From Candidatus Spongiisociaceae bacterium (GTDB lineage Bacteria; Actinomycetota; Acidimicrobiia; Spongiisociales; Spongiisociaceae), in contig OZ241841.1 in NCBI GenBank assembly GCA_965202665.1, forward strand, positions 2,176,001-2,240,000: a stretch of 64,000 nt of DNA, given 5' to 3'. The notes beneath the pieces were generated by a model, which saw nothing but the letters and a program-made list of their open reading frames with translations, ran no database searches and was not told where the DNA came from. The translations under genes and the position numbers were made by a program. The stretch's first letter is position 1, and each line of letters starts with the position of its first letter. Of this stretch, positions 1 to 10,101 are shown in pieces.

Positions 1-17
1 CCGCGGCCAAAGTTACG

Positions 18-3000
18 GTGACCGCCTCCTTCCCGGAAGGCTCCAGCACCCTGATCAGGGACACGGCGGTGACGGTGTCGGTCGGGGCGCCCAACGACTC
101 GGCGGTTGCGGGAACCGACTATGCGGCGGTGGACGATTTCACCGTCACCATCCCCGCGGGCCGGTCCAGCGGTTCCAACACGTTCAGTCTGTCGGGGACC
201 GATGACGATGTGGCCGGGGAAGGTTCGGAGTCCATAACCGTGTCGGGGTCGGCCGCCGGTTTCACCATCTCCGACGCTACGGTGGCCTTAACCGACGGCG
301 ACGCCGCCCCGCGGACCATCAGCCTCGGCGCGCGTCCCTCCACCCTGGCGGAAAGCAACCGTCCGGCGGTGGTGACGGTGACAGCCGCCTTCCCGTCGGG
401 GTCGGCCGTTTTGACCTCCGATACGCAGGTGACCGTGTCGGTGGGCGAGGCCGACGACGGAGCCGGCGAAGGAACCGACTATGCGGCGGTGGATGATTTC
501 ACCGTCACCATCCCCGCGGGCCGGTCCAGCGGTTCCAACTCGTTCAGTTTGTCGGGGTCCGATGATGATGTGGCCGGGGAAGGTTCGGAGTCGATAACGG
601 TGTCGGGGTCGGCCGCCGGTTTCACCATCTCCGACGCCGGTTTCACCCTCACCGACTCCGACTCCGTTCCCACCGCCATAACCCTCAGCGTCGATGCGGA
701 GGCGGTTGTGGAAGGAAGCGCCGCCCGAACCGTCGCCGTCGCCGCCTCCTTCCCGGAAGGCTCCGTCCCGTTGGCGGAGGCGGTTTCGGTGGCCGTGACG
801 GTGGGGGACGGCACCGCCGGGGCGGATGATTACGCCGCTACCCCCGCCGCTTTCAAGGTGACCATCCCCGCCGGCCAAATGCGGGGGACAGGCTCCTTCC
901 AGCTGACCGTCGACTCCGACGCCGTCAACGGGGAACCGGAGGCCATCTCCATCACCGGAACCCTGGCCGGATATACGATCGCCGGCGCAACAGTGGACAT
1001 AGTGGAACGGTTGGCCGCCTTGGACGCCGCCCATTGCGGGGACGGAACCTTCGTGGCCGGCCCCGCTTCCAACGCCGCTTTAGCGGCCGACTGCCGCATC
1101 CTCGTCGAACTGCACCGGCGGTGGAGCGCGGTCGCCGGCAACGCCGACCTGCCCGTCCGCCACCCGTTGCGCACCTGGGGCGTCGGCGGAATCGGCTCCT
1201 GGGGCGGGGTGAGCGCCGCCGGGGGGCGGGTGACCGGGTTGTCGTTGCCCGGCCGGGCCGGAGCCCGCATCGCCGGCAGCCTTCCCGCCGCGCTGGGCGG
1301 CCTGACCGGCTTGACCGTTTTGGATTTGGGGGGCAACGATTTGCAGGGGGCGGCCCCGGGGGAGATCGGCGGGCTGGTCAAACTGACCCGCCTGGACCTG
1401 TCCGGCAACCGGCTGACCGGCCCCATCCCGGACGGCTGGCGCAGCCTGTCCGCCCTCGCCTACATGGACTTGTCCGGCAACCGGCTGACCGGGGAAATCC
1501 CGGAGCGGTTCAGCCAACTGTCCGCCCTCGTCCATATGGATTTGTCCGGCAACGACCTGTCCGGCCCCATACCGACCCGGTTGGGCGACCTGGCCGGCCT
1601 GACCGTTCTGGATTTGGGCGGCAACGGGTTGCGGGGGGCGATCCCCGACCGTTTGGGCCTGTTGCGCCGCATGACCTACCTGGATTTGAGCGGCAACTCC
1701 CTGGCCGGCTCCATCCCGGAGGCGTTGAGCCGGATGGCGGAACTTACCTTGCTGGACCTGTCGGACAACGACCTGTCCGGCGCCTGGCCGGTTCGCTTGG
1801 GCGACCTGGCGGCCCTGGCGGTGCTGGATGTCAGCGGCAACCGGCTGACCGGCGCCCACAACCTCGCTTCGTCGGATTTGACCCGGCTGGCCGCGCTGGA
1901 CCTGTCCGGCAACCGGCTGACCGGTTCGGTCGCCTCCGTCCCGGTCGCCGCCTCCGCATCCTCCGGGGACTTCGCCGTTTCCAGGGCTTTCACCGACCTG
2001 TCGGCGGCGGGTTGCGCCGACGGAACCTTCGTGGCCGACCCCGGCTCCAACGCCGCTTTGGCCGCCGACTGCCGGTGGCTGGTAGCGGCCCGCAACCACT
2101 GGGCGGCCGTTCCCGAAAACGCCTTCCTGCCCTCCGACCACGCCCTGCGTTCCTGGGGCGCGGGACGCATTAATTCTTGGCCGGGGGTGACGGTCGGCAA
2201 CGGGCGGGTGACCAAAGTGTCTTTGCGGGGCGACTACCGCCGCTGGCCGACGCAGCGGAGCGGCATCGCCGGAACCATTCCCGCTTCTTTGCAAAACCTG
2301 TCCGCCCTCACCCATCTGCTGTTGGACGGCAACCAACTGTCCGGGGCCATCCCCGCCTCCATGGGCTACCGGGGGAACCTGCCCGCCCTCACCCGCCTGT
2401 GGCTGGACGGCAACCAACTGTCCGGGGCCATCCCCGCCTCTTTGGGCAAATTAACCACCCTGCGGCAGCTGACGCTCAGCCGCAACCAGCTGTCCGGCTC
2501 CATACCGACGTTGCTGACCAAGCTGACCGCCCTCACCCATCTGCGGCTGGATCACAATCAGTTGTCGGGGGCGATACCCGTCGAGTTCAAACGGTTGTCG
2601 AATCTGCGGCACCTGCTCCTCAACGACAATAAGATGTCCGGCGGGATACCCCGCCAAATAGGCAACATGAGCGCGCTTACCCGGTTGAATTTGGGCGGCA
2701 ACCTGCTTACCGGCGAAATACCCACCCGGCTGGGCGCGTTGGACAATCTGACCTGGCTGATGTTGGACCGCAACCTGTTGATGGGGCGGGCCCCCCTGTC
2801 CGACCCGGTGGATCCCAAACCCCGGGCCACCCCCGCCCGGTTGGGGGCCCTGTCCAACCTGCGCGTTATGTGGTTGGACGACAACCGGCTGCACGGGCAA
2901 ATACCTTCCCGCTTCGGCGCGCTGAACAACCTGTGGGATTTGGATTTGAGCGGCAACCGGCTGTCCGGTTGGATACCCTCCCGCTTCGGGGCCATGGACA

Positions 3001-6000
3001 GTTTGCGCTGGTTGGACATGGGCGGCAACAACCTGTCCGGGGCCTTGCTTCCCGCCCGGCTGGGGGCTTTGAGCAACGCCGAATGGCTGCTGCTGAACGA
3101 CAACGATTTAGTGGGGGAAATCCCCACCCGTTACGGGGCTTTGAACCATCTGCGGTGGTTGCGGTTGGACGGCAACGACCTGTCCGGGGAGATACCCGAC
3201 CGGCTGGGCAGATTGGGCAAACTGCGGTGGTTGCGGTTGGACGGCAACAACCTGAGCGGCCCCATCCCCGCCGGCTTCGCCTCCATGACCGCTTTGGAGG
3301 AGTTGTATTTGCACGACAACATGCTGACCGGCTCCGTCCCCGCCGGGTTGGGGGCCCCGGTTTCCGGTCTGATGGTGGAAGGGGTGACGCAGCCGGGCAA
3401 CGTGGTCGGTTCGGGGGAGGCGGCGGGGGATCCCGCATCCGCCCTGCGCCGGTTGCGGCTGTGCGGCAACAACCTGACCGGCGGCCTGCCCGCCCATCTG
3501 CGCACCGCCCCGGACGGACGGAACGGGCGCTTGAGCCTCATCTGGCTGGACGCGGCGCCCGCCGACCACGCCGACCTGGGCGGATGCCGCCGGGCGGTGG
3601 AGTTGAGCGCCTCGCCGGACAGCGTTACCGAAAGCGACACGACGGTTGCGGTGTCGGTCACCGCCGCCCTGGTCGGATACGGGGAAAGCGGCCAGGCCCC
3701 GTGGATGCGCAACGGGGAAGCGGTCGCTTATGCGGAGCCGCTGTTCGGAGTGAGCGGAACCCGCCAGCCCGCCCTGCCGGATGCGGATACGGCGGTTACG
3801 GTGACGGTGGGGGCGAAAGGGGACGGGGCCTCCTCCGGGGTCGATTACACGGCGGTGGAGGATTTCACGATCACCATCCCGGCGGGCAAAACCAGCGGCA
3901 CGGGCCGGTTCATCCTGGCCGGCTCGGCCGACGACGTAGCCGGGGAAGGGTCGGAGACGGTGACGATAGGCGGGGAGCTGGCCGGAACGGCGGTCACCGG
4001 GGCGACGGTGGCCATCGCGGACGCCGATACGGCCCCCACCAGGCTCGTTTTGACCGTCGACGCCGCCAAAGTAACCGAAGGGAGCGGGACCACCCGGGTG
4101 ACGGTGACCGCCGCTTTCCCGGAAGGTTCGGCGGTGGCGGGACGGGACCTGACGGTTCTGGCGTCGGTCGGGGCGGCGGGGGACACGGCTTCGGAAGGGA
4201 CCGATTACCAGCGGGTGGCCGGCCTGCGGGTGACCATTTCGGCCGGGCAGCGGAGCGGGACGGCCGGGTTCGACTTGGCGGTGGTCGACGACAACCTGGC
4301 GGAAGGCTCCGAGTCGCTGAGCGTGGCCGGGACGCTCGCCGGTTACTCCGTCGCCGGAACTTCCATCGCCATCTCCGACGACGACGTCGCGCCCGTATCT
4401 ATAGCTTTGCAGGCCAACCCGGCCAAGACGGCGGAAAGGGCGGGGGCGGCCAAAGTTACGGTGACGGCGTCCTTCCCCGACGGGTCGGCGTTGATGACTT
4501 CGGATACGGCGGTGACCGTGTCGGTGGGCGCGGCCAATGATTCGGCGGTCTCCGGGACCGACTACGCGGCGGTGGGGAACTTCACGGTAACCATCGGGGC
4601 CGGGCAACGGAGCGGGTCCGCTTCCTTCCGGTTGCTTTCCACGGCCGACGGCGTGGCTGGAGAAGGGTCGGAGTCGTTGTCGGTGTCCGGTGCGGCGGAT
4701 GGGTTTGCGGTGTCGGGGACGAGTGTGTCCATCACCGATGGGGACGCCGTTCCGACTGCCATAGGTTTGAGCGTGAATCCGGCGAAGGCGGGGGAGGGCG
4801 CGGAGGCGACGGCGGTAACGGTGACGGCGGCCTTTGGGGAGGGTTCGGCGGTGCGGGCGGTGGATACGGTGGTGTCGGTGTCGGTGGGGGCGGCTGGTGA
4901 TTCGGCGGTTGCGGGGACGGATTACACCGCGGTGGATGGGTTTAGTGTGACGATTCCGGCGGGGAAGGCGAGCGGTTCGGGCAGTTTCAGTTTGGCGGGG
5001 ACGGATGACGATGTTGCCAGTGAGGGTACCGAAACTTTGTCGGTGTCCGGTGCGGCGGATGGGTTTGCGGTGTCGGGGACGAGCGTGTCCATCACCGATG
5101 GGGACGCCGTTCCGACTGCCATAGGTTTGAGCGTGAATCCGGCGAAGGCGGGGGAGGGCGCGGAGGCGACGGCGGTAACGGTGACGGCGGCCTTTGGGGA
5201 GGGTTCGGCGGTGCGGGCGGTGGATACGGTGGTGTCGGTGTCGGTGGGGGCGGCTGGTGATTCGGCGGTTGCGGGGACGGATTACACCGCGGTGGATGGG
5301 TTTAGTGTGACGATTCCGGCGGGGAAGGTGAGCGGTTCGGGCAGTTTCAGTTTGGCGGGGACGGATGACGATGTTGCCGGTGAGGGTACCGAAACTTTGT
5401 CGGTGTCCGGTGCGGCGGATGGGTTCAGGGTGTCGGGCGCCAGCGTGTCCATCACCGACGGGGATGTGGTTCCCACGGCTATAGGTTTGACCGTGGATCC
5501 GGGGCGAGTGGCGGAAGGTTCCGGCAAGACGACGGTAACCGTGACGGCGGCTTTCCCGGAGGGTTCGGCGGTGCGGGCGGTGGATACGGTGGTGTCGGCT
5601 TCGGTGGGCGCGGCTGGTGATTCGGCGGTCTCTGGAACAGATTACGCGGCGGTGGATGGTTTCAGCGTGACGATTCCAGCAGGGAAGATGAGTGGGTCGG
5701 GTTCGTTCAGTTTGGCGGGGACGGATGACGGGGTGGCCGGTGAGGGTACTGAAACTTTGTCGGTGTTCGGTGCGGCGGATGGTTTCAGGGTGTCGGGCGC
5801 CAGCGTGTCGATTACCGATGGGGATGTGGTTCCCACGGCTATAGGTTTGACCGTGGATCCGGGGCGGGTGGGGGAAGGTTCCGGCAAGACGACGGTAACC
5901 GTGACGGCGGCTTTCCCGGAGGGTTCGGCGGTGCGGGCGGTGGATACGGTGGTGTCGGTGTCGGTGGGGGCGGCTGGTGATTCGGCGGTCTCTGGAACGG

Positions 6001-7337
6001 ATTATGCGGCGGTGAAGGGTTTCAAGGTGACGATCCCGGCGGGTGAGGCGAGTGGTTCGGGTTCGTTCAGTTTGTCGGTGGTGGACGACAAGATAGCGGG
6101 TGAAGGAACTGAAACTCTGTCGGTGTCCGGTTCGGCGGATGGTTTCGAGGTGTCGGGCGCGAGCGTATCCGTCACGGATAACGACGCGGCGGTGGTTTCC
6201 GAGGCAGTGGTCGGGCTGGGGGTGTCGCCGTCGACGGTGGGGGAGGGCGATGGGGTGGTTTCGGTACGGGTGTCGGCAGTGTTGCCGGAGGGGATGGTCG
6301 CCCCGGCGGGCGGCGTGTCGGTGAATGTGTCGGTGGGCGGGGCCAGCGATTCGGCTGAGGCCGGTTCCGACTACCGGCGGGTGGATGATTTCTCGGTGTC
6401 CATCGCGGAAGGCAAGTCGGGCGGATGGGTTGATTTCCGATTGAACGTTACGGATGACGGCGAGGTAGAGGGGGCGGAGTCGGTGTCGGTGTCGGGCGCC
6501 GCGTCGAACTATGTGGTGTCGGGCGCCTCGTTGACCATCAACGACAACGACGAAGACGAGGGCGGCGGCGACGGCGATTCGCCAGGGTCGGTTGCGCAGG
6601 CCTCTCAGCAAGAGCCTACGCCGCCCCCGCCGCCGCCCTCATCGGCTTCTTCGCCCGCTCCCCCGCCGGCGGCTGGCGGCGGAGGCGGAGGGTTTGCGCC
6701 CGCAGGCGGCGGCCCGCCCCCCGCTCCCCCCGCCGCGCCGCCTGTTCCGCCGGTCGCCGAATCCGCAGAGGATGTTTGCGTGGGACGGTTCTGCGACGAA
6801 GATGGGAGCGTTCATCAAGCCAACATTGAGTTGGCGGCGGAGTGGGGCATCACCAACGGGTGCGGCGAAGGTCGTTTCTGCCCGGGTTTGTCCATTACGC
6901 GGAGTCAGATGGCGGCTTTCCTGTACCGGGCGGCGGCACGTCAGTCGGGCGCACCGCCCGCGGCGGGATCGGGAGTGGATTTGCCCGACGTAGGTTCGGG
7001 GGCGTGGTATCGGACTTTCGCGCGGTGGGCGGTTTCGTCGGGCGTGATCGCCACCCGGGCCGGAGGGTTCGACCCGGGCGGGGTGGTGACGCGGGGGGAT
7101 ATGGTGGTGATGCTGGCCGCCGCTTTCCCCAGTTTGACGGACGACGCGCCGCCCACGGAAGGCCTGTTCGAAGATTTGGGGGCCGGAGGCGACACGGCCC
7201 GGGCGGCGGAGGCGTTGCACAGGGCGGGGGTGACCAACGGTTGCTCCACCGCTCCGTTGCGGTTCTGCCCCGACCAGCCGGTAACCCGCTCCCAGATGGC
7301 CTCCTTCTTCGTCCGAGCCCTAACCGCCCTCCGCTAA
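18..7337 (+). CDS. Giant surface protein (5' end probably outside window): Calx-beta/Ig-like repeats, two plant-type LRR blocks with Cys caps, Pro/Gly linker, C-terminal SLH-like anchor
   Basis: 2439-aa ORF open from the window edge. ~120-aa repeats (GTDYAAV..FTVTIPAG..SGS..F.L...DD...GEG.E), 24-aa LRRs (L..LDLSGN.L.G.IP), C-terminal ITRSQMAAFLYR and VTRSQMASFFVR motifs. Confidence 0.88.
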   Translation: MTASFPEGSSTLIRDTAVTVSVGAPNDSAVAGTDYAAVDDFTVTIPAGRSSGSNTFSLSGTDDDVAGEGSESITVSGSAAGFTISDATVALTDGDAAPRTISLGARPSTLAESNRPAVVTVTAAFPSGSAVLTSDTQVTVSVGEADDGAGEGTDYAAVDDFTVTIPAGRSSGSNSFSLSGSDDDVAGEGSESITVSGSAAGFTISDAGFTLTDSDSVPTAITLSVDAEAVVEGSAARTVAVAASFPEGSVPLAEAVSVAVTVGDGTAGADDYAATPAAFKVTIPAGQMRGTGSFQLTVDSDAVNGEPEAISITGTLAGYTIAGATVDIVERLAALDAAHCGDGTFVAGPASNAALAADCRILVELHRRWSAVAGNADLPVRHPLRTWGVGGIGSWGGVSAAGGRVTGLSLPGRAGARIAGSLPAALGGLTGLTVLDLGGNDLQGAAPGEIGGLVKLTRLDLSGNRLTGPIPDGWRSLSALAYMDLSGNRLTGEIPERFSQLSALVHMDLSGNDLSGPIPTRLGDLAGLTVLDLGGNGLRGAIPDRLGLLRRMTYLDLSGNSLAGSIPEALSRMAELTLLDLSDNDLSGAWPVRLGDLAALAVLDVSGNRLTGAHNLASSDLTRLAALDLSGNRLTGSVASVPVAASASSGDFAVSRAFTDLSAAGCADGTFVADPGSNAALAADCRWLVAARNHWAAVPENAFLPSDHALRSWGAGRINSWPGVTVGNGRVTKVSLRGDYRRWPTQRSGIAGTIPASLQNLSALTHLLLDGNQLSGAIPASMGYRGNLPALTRLWLDGNQLSGAIPASLGKLTTLRQLTLSRNQLSGSIPTLLTKLTALTHLRLDHNQLSGAIPVEFKRLSNLRHLLLNDNKMSGGIPRQIGNMSALTRLNLGGNLLTGEIPTRLGALDNLTWLMLDRNLLMGRAPLSDPVDPKPRATPARLGALSNLRVMWLDDNRLHGQIPSRFGALNNLWDLDLSGNRLSGWIPSRFGAMDSLRWLDMGGNNLSGALLPARLGALSNAEWLLLNDNDLVGEIPTRYGALNHLRWLRLDGNDLSGEIPDRLGRLGKLRWLRLDGNNLSGPIPAGFASMTALEELYLHDNMLTGSVPAGLGAPVSGLMVEGVTQPGNVVGSGEAAGDPASALRRLRLCGNNLTGGLPAHLRTAPDGRNGRLSLIWLDAAPADHADLGGCRRAVELSASPDSVTESDTTVAVSVTAALVGYGESGQAPWMRNGEAVAYAEPLFGVSGTRQPALPDADTAVTVTVGAKGDGASSGVDYTAVEDFTITIPAGKTSGTGRFILAGSADDVAGEGSETVTIGGELAGTAVTGATVAIADADTAPTRLVLTVDAAKVTEGSGTTRVTVTAAFPEGSAVAGRDLTVLASVGAAGDTASEGTDYQRVAGLRVTISAGQRSGTAGFDLAVVDDNLAEGSESLSVAGTLAGYSVAGTSIAISDDDVAPVSIALQANPAKTAERAGAAKVTVTASFPDGSALMTSDTAVTVSVGAANDSAVSGTDYAAVGNFTVTIGAGQRSGSASFRLLSTADGVAGEGSESLSVSGAADGFAVSGTSVSITDGDAVPTAIGLSVNPAKAGEGAEATAVTVTAAFGEGSAVRAVDTVVSVSVGAAGDSAVAGTDYTAVDGFSVTIPAGKASGSGSFSLAGTDDDVASEGTETLSVSGAADGFAVSGTSVSITDGDAVPTAIGLSVNPAKAGEGAEATAVTVTAAFGEGSAVRAVDTVVSVSVGAAGDSAVAGTDYTAVDGFSVTIPAGKVSGSGSFSLAGTDDDVAGEGTETLSVSGAADGFRVSGASVSITDGDVVPTAIGLTVDPGRVAEGSGKTTVTVTAAFPEGSAVRAVDTVVSASVGAAGDSAVSGTDYAAVDGFSVTIPAGKMSGSGSFSLAGTDDGVAGEGTETLSVFGAADGFRVSGASVSITDGDVVPTAIGLTVDPGRVGEGSGKTTVTVTAAFPEGSAVRAVDTVVSVSVGAAGDSAVSGTDYAAVKGFKVTIPAGEASGSGSFSLSVVDDKIAGEGTETLSVSGSADGFEVSGASVSVTDNDAAVVSEAVVGLGVSPSTVGEGDGVVSVRVSAVLPEGMVAPAGGVSVNVSVGGASDSAEAGSDYRRVDDFSVSIAEGKSGGWVDFRLNVTDDGEVEGAESVSVSGAASNYVVSGASLTINDNDEDEGGGDGDSPGSVAQASQQEPTPPPPPPSSASSPAPPPAAGGGGGGFAPAGGGPPPAPPAAPPVPPVAESAEDVCVGRFCDEDGSVHQANIELAAEWGITNGCGEGRFCPGLSITRSQMAAFLYRAAARQSGAPPAAGSGVDLPDVGSGAWYRTFARWAVSSGVIATRAGGFDPGGVVTRGDMVVMLAAAFPSLTDDAPPTEGLFEDLGAGGDTARAAEALHRAGVTNGCSTAPLRFCPDQPVTRSQMASFFVRALTALR
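4675..6115 (+). repeat. Four intragenic ~360-bp tandem repeats (120 aa each), near-identical in pairs
   Basis: Lines at 4681/5041 and 5401/5761 are almost identical with 360-bp period; a similar 360-bp duplication lies near 100-270 and 460-630. Confidence 0.9.
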
Positions 7338-7403
7338 CCCGTCGCTTACCCCCATCCGAAAGGTGCCCGCTCGGAGTGTCAGCCCGGCAAAGTTTTATAC
7401 AAC

Positions 7404-7709
7404 CTAATCCGCAGACGTCGTATCGTTACCGTCAGGAGATTCGGCGGCTTGGCTCCCCTCCGCCGATCTCGCTTGAGCCAGATACAAAAATTCATCAATG
7501 TCGTCGGTGGAATACTTAAGATGCTCGATCAGAAAGAATTCAAGATATGCGGTTTGAATGTGGAGAAGTTTCCTGATTTCATCTAGTTGTTGCCATATGT
7601 GGGTCCAAAGGATATGAGCAACACTGCCACTACGAACTTGCTGTCCGGTTAGAGCCTCGATTAGCTCCGCAATCTCTTCGGGTGTTTTAGAGGGAGGCGA
7701 GGGAGTCAT
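7404..7709 (-). CDS. Small hypothetical protein (lower-GC islet)
   Basis: ATG at 7709 (MTPSPPSKTPEEIAELIEAL...), overlapping the end of the upstream small ORF; no recognised motif. Confidence 0.45.
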   Translation of the reverse strand: MTPSPPSKTPEEIAELIEALTGQQVRSGSVAHILWTHIWQQLDEIRKLLHIQTAYLEFFLIEHLKYSTDDIDEFLYLAQARSAEGSQAAESPDGNDTTSAD

Positions 7710-7959
7710 AAGTGTTTCCCGGCACCACCGCCAAAGCGTCCCGAAAATCGTAGGAAATAAGATCCGGATCCATTCTTTCCAGTAGTTGCTCCGTAAGTCC
7801 CCCTCTGCTAAGCCGCCTACGGGATCCCGCCAAGACCACGAAATCATCAAATACTTCGTGTACGCGGCCGCTGACCGGGCGAGCGCGGTTGTGATAAATG
7901 GTGATATGTTGCCCGACGAACTCTTCCAGCCGGTCCCTAATGTCTTGGGCGGGATCCAT
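7687..7959 (-). CDS. Small protein, possibly Sm/SH3-like beta-barrel (YuzF/DUF2642-like)
   Basis: ATG 7959 preceded by GGAGGT; pattern LEEFVGQHITI...VSGRVHEVFDDFVVL. Confidence 0.5.
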   Translation of the reverse strand: MDPAQDIRDRLEEFVGQHITIYHNRARPVSGRVHEVFDDFVVLAGSRRRLSRGGLTEQLLERMDPDLISYDFRDALAVVPGNTYDSLASL

Positions 7960-8140
7960 TGTCCACCTCCCTTCCGTCTTTAGCATCGTTTTGATCCATA
8001 TACAGACTATCGGGCGGGTGCCGCAGATATCCGCTCCCCTGACGACGATCGCCCATCCCAGCTGACACCGATTATACCACGCCATCAAACTATCTGTTTG
8101 ACAGTTGTTGGATAATATCCCGACGTGGCCGGGGTTGGGG

Positions 8141-9121
8141 TCAGGCGGTTATTACCCGGCGGGCGGCTTCCGTTATTTGGGCGGGGCCGGGGACTATCGC
8201 CTCTTCCAGAGGGGGGCTGAAAGGGATGGGGGCGGAGGCGGCCCCCACCCGCACCGGGGCGGCTTTCAGGGAGTCGAAGGCGCGGCTGGTGATGGAGGCG
8301 GCCAGTTCCCCGCCGAAGCCGCCGAACTCCCACGCTTCGTGGGCCACCACCGCCCGCCCCGTTTTGCGCACCGAAGCCAGCACCGTTTCCAAATCCAGGG
8401 GCACCAGGGAACGCAGGTCGATCAACTCCGCCTCGATTCCCTCCTCCGCCAACTGGTCGCAGGCGGTCGCCGCGTGCCCGGCCATCACCGAATAGGAGAC
8501 GATGGTCACATCCCCCCCGGAGCGCCGCACCGCCGCCCGTCCCAGCGGCACCGTATGATCCTCCTCCGGGACCGGGCCCCGCTGGGCGGTGATTTTTTTG
8601 TTCTCCAAATAGACCACCGGGTCGTCGTCGGCGATGGCCGCCCGCAACAGGCCTTTGGCGTCGGCCGGGTTGGACGGGGCTACCACTTTCAGCCCCGGCA
8701 TATGGGTGAACAGGCCCTCCAAACTGGATGAATGCTGGGCGGCCGAGGAGCGCAGAACCCCGTCCGAAGCCCGCAGCACCAGCGGCACCGACGTCTGCCC
8801 TCCGAACATGTAGCGGAATTTGGCCGCCTGGTTGACGATCTCGTCCATCGCCCCCAAAGTGAATTCCACGAAACTCATGGAGGCCACCGGGCGCAGGCCG
8901 GTCACCGCCGCCCCCACCGCCGCCGCCATGATGATCGCCTCCGAAATCGGCATGTCCATCACCCGCTCCGGGCCGAATTCGTCCGCCAGCCCCCGGAACT
9001 GCCCGAAGTTGCCGCCCCAGCTGATGTCTTCGCCCAGCACGATCACCGCCGGGTCCTCCCGCATGGCGAATTGCATGGCCTGCACGGTGGCCGCCCCGAA
9101 ACTCATTCTGCGCTCGCCCAT
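8141..9121 (-). CDS. 2-oxoacid/acetoin dehydrogenase E1 beta subunit
   Basis: GEDI, DMPISEA, DEIVNQAAK, AQHS, IDLRSLVPLD motifs; start taken at MGERRMSF. Confidence 0.93.
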   Translation of the reverse strand: MGERRMSFGAATVQAMQFAMREDPAVIVLGEDISWGGNFGQFRGLADEFGPERVMDMPISEAIIMAAAVGAAVTGLRPVASMSFVEFTLGAMDEIVNQAAKFRYMFGGQTSVPLVLRASDGVLRSSAAQHSSSLEGLFTHMPGLKVVAPSNPADAKGLLRAAIADDDPVVYLENKKITAQRGPVPEEDHTVPLGRAAVRRSGGDVTIVSYSVMAGHAATACDQLAEEGIEAELIDLRSLVPLDLETVLASVRKTGRAVVAHEAWEFGGFGGELAASITSRAFDSLKAAPVRVGAASAPIPFSPPLEEAIVPGPAQITEAARRVITA

Positions 9122-9126
9122 GACCG

Positions 9127-10101
9127 CTACCCGGTGAAAACCGACTCCAAGGCGCCCGCCGCCTCGGGCAGGGGGCTTTGTTCGGCGAAGGCCACCGCGG
9201 CGGCCGTTTCCTCCCCGGCCCGCTCCCACGCCCGCTCCCGGCCCGCTTCGTCCAACGTTCCCGCCCCGGCCAGAAGTTTCTCCCAGCGCAGGACGGGGTC
9301 GGCCGCCCGGCGGGACTCCACTTCCTCCGCCGTCCGGTAAACCTCGGCGTCCCCCACGTAATGCCCTCCGAACCGGTAGGTGTCGGCGATGAGAAGGGTG
9401 GGGCCCTCCCCGGCCCGGGCCCGCTCCACCGCCGTCCCCGCCGCCTGATAAACCGCCCCCGCGTCGTTGCCGTCCACCGTTTCACCGGGGATGCCGTAGG
9501 CCGCCGCCCGCACCGACAGGTCCTCCACCGCGGTGGTTCGGCTACGGTGGGTGAACTGGGCGTACTGGTTGTTTTCGCATACGAACACGGCCGGCAACCG
9601 GCGGGCGGCCGCGAAGTTGAGGGCCTCGTGGAAAGTCCCCTTGTTGATCCCCCCGTCCCCGAAGAAGGCGACCGCCGCCTGGTCCGTCCCCCGCAAGCGG
9701 GCCGAAAGACCCGCTCCGGCGGCGATGCCCAGCCCGCCCGCCACGATCCCGTTCGCCCCCAGCATCCCCAGGGAAAAGTCGGCCACATGCATGGAGCCGC
9801 CCCGCCCCCGGCAGGCCCCCGTTTCCCGCCCGTACAGTTCGGCCATCACCCGCTCCATCGTCATCCCTTTGGCCAGGGCGTGGCCGTGCCCCCGGTGGGT
9901 GGAAGTGATGTAGTCGTCGGGGCGCAGGCGGGCGCACACCCCGGCCGCCGTCGCCTCCTGCCCCACATAAGTATGGACGAAGCCGGGCAGTTTTCCCTCT
10001 TTGAACAATTCGGCCACCCGGCTTTCGAACACCCGGATGCGCACCATCATCCGATGCAGGTCCAAAGCGGTTTCGGGGGTCATCCCCATCGGGAGGCTCA
10101 T
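9127..10101 (-). CDS. TPP-dependent 2-oxoacid/acetoin dehydrogenase E1 alpha subunit
   Basis: GQEA, STHRGHGH, GRGGSMH, TPP motif GDG...EALN..A...LP..FVCENN, TYRFGGH. Confidence 0.94.
   Translation of the reverse strand: MSLPMGMTPETALDLHRMMVRIRVFESRVAELFKEGKLPGFVHTYVGQEATAAGVCARLRPDDYITSTHRGHGHALAKGMTMERVMAELYGRETGACRGRGGSMHVADFSLGMLGANGIVAGGLGIAAGAGLSARLRGTDQAAVAFFGDGGINKGTFHEALNFAAARRLPAVFVCENNQYAQFTHRSRTTAVEDLSVRAAAYGIPGETVDGNDAGAVYQAAGTAVERARAGEGPTLLIADTYRFGGHYVGDAEVYRTAEEVESRRAADPVLRWEKLLAGAGTLDEAGRERAWERAGEETAAAVAFAEQSPLPEAAGALESVFTG

Noticed and set aside
3108-6611. Long antisense and alternative-frame ORFs (e.g. 3108-6611, 15787-18711, 37554-39953)
   Set aside because: Arg/His/Pro-rich shadow frames of well-supported high-GC genes.
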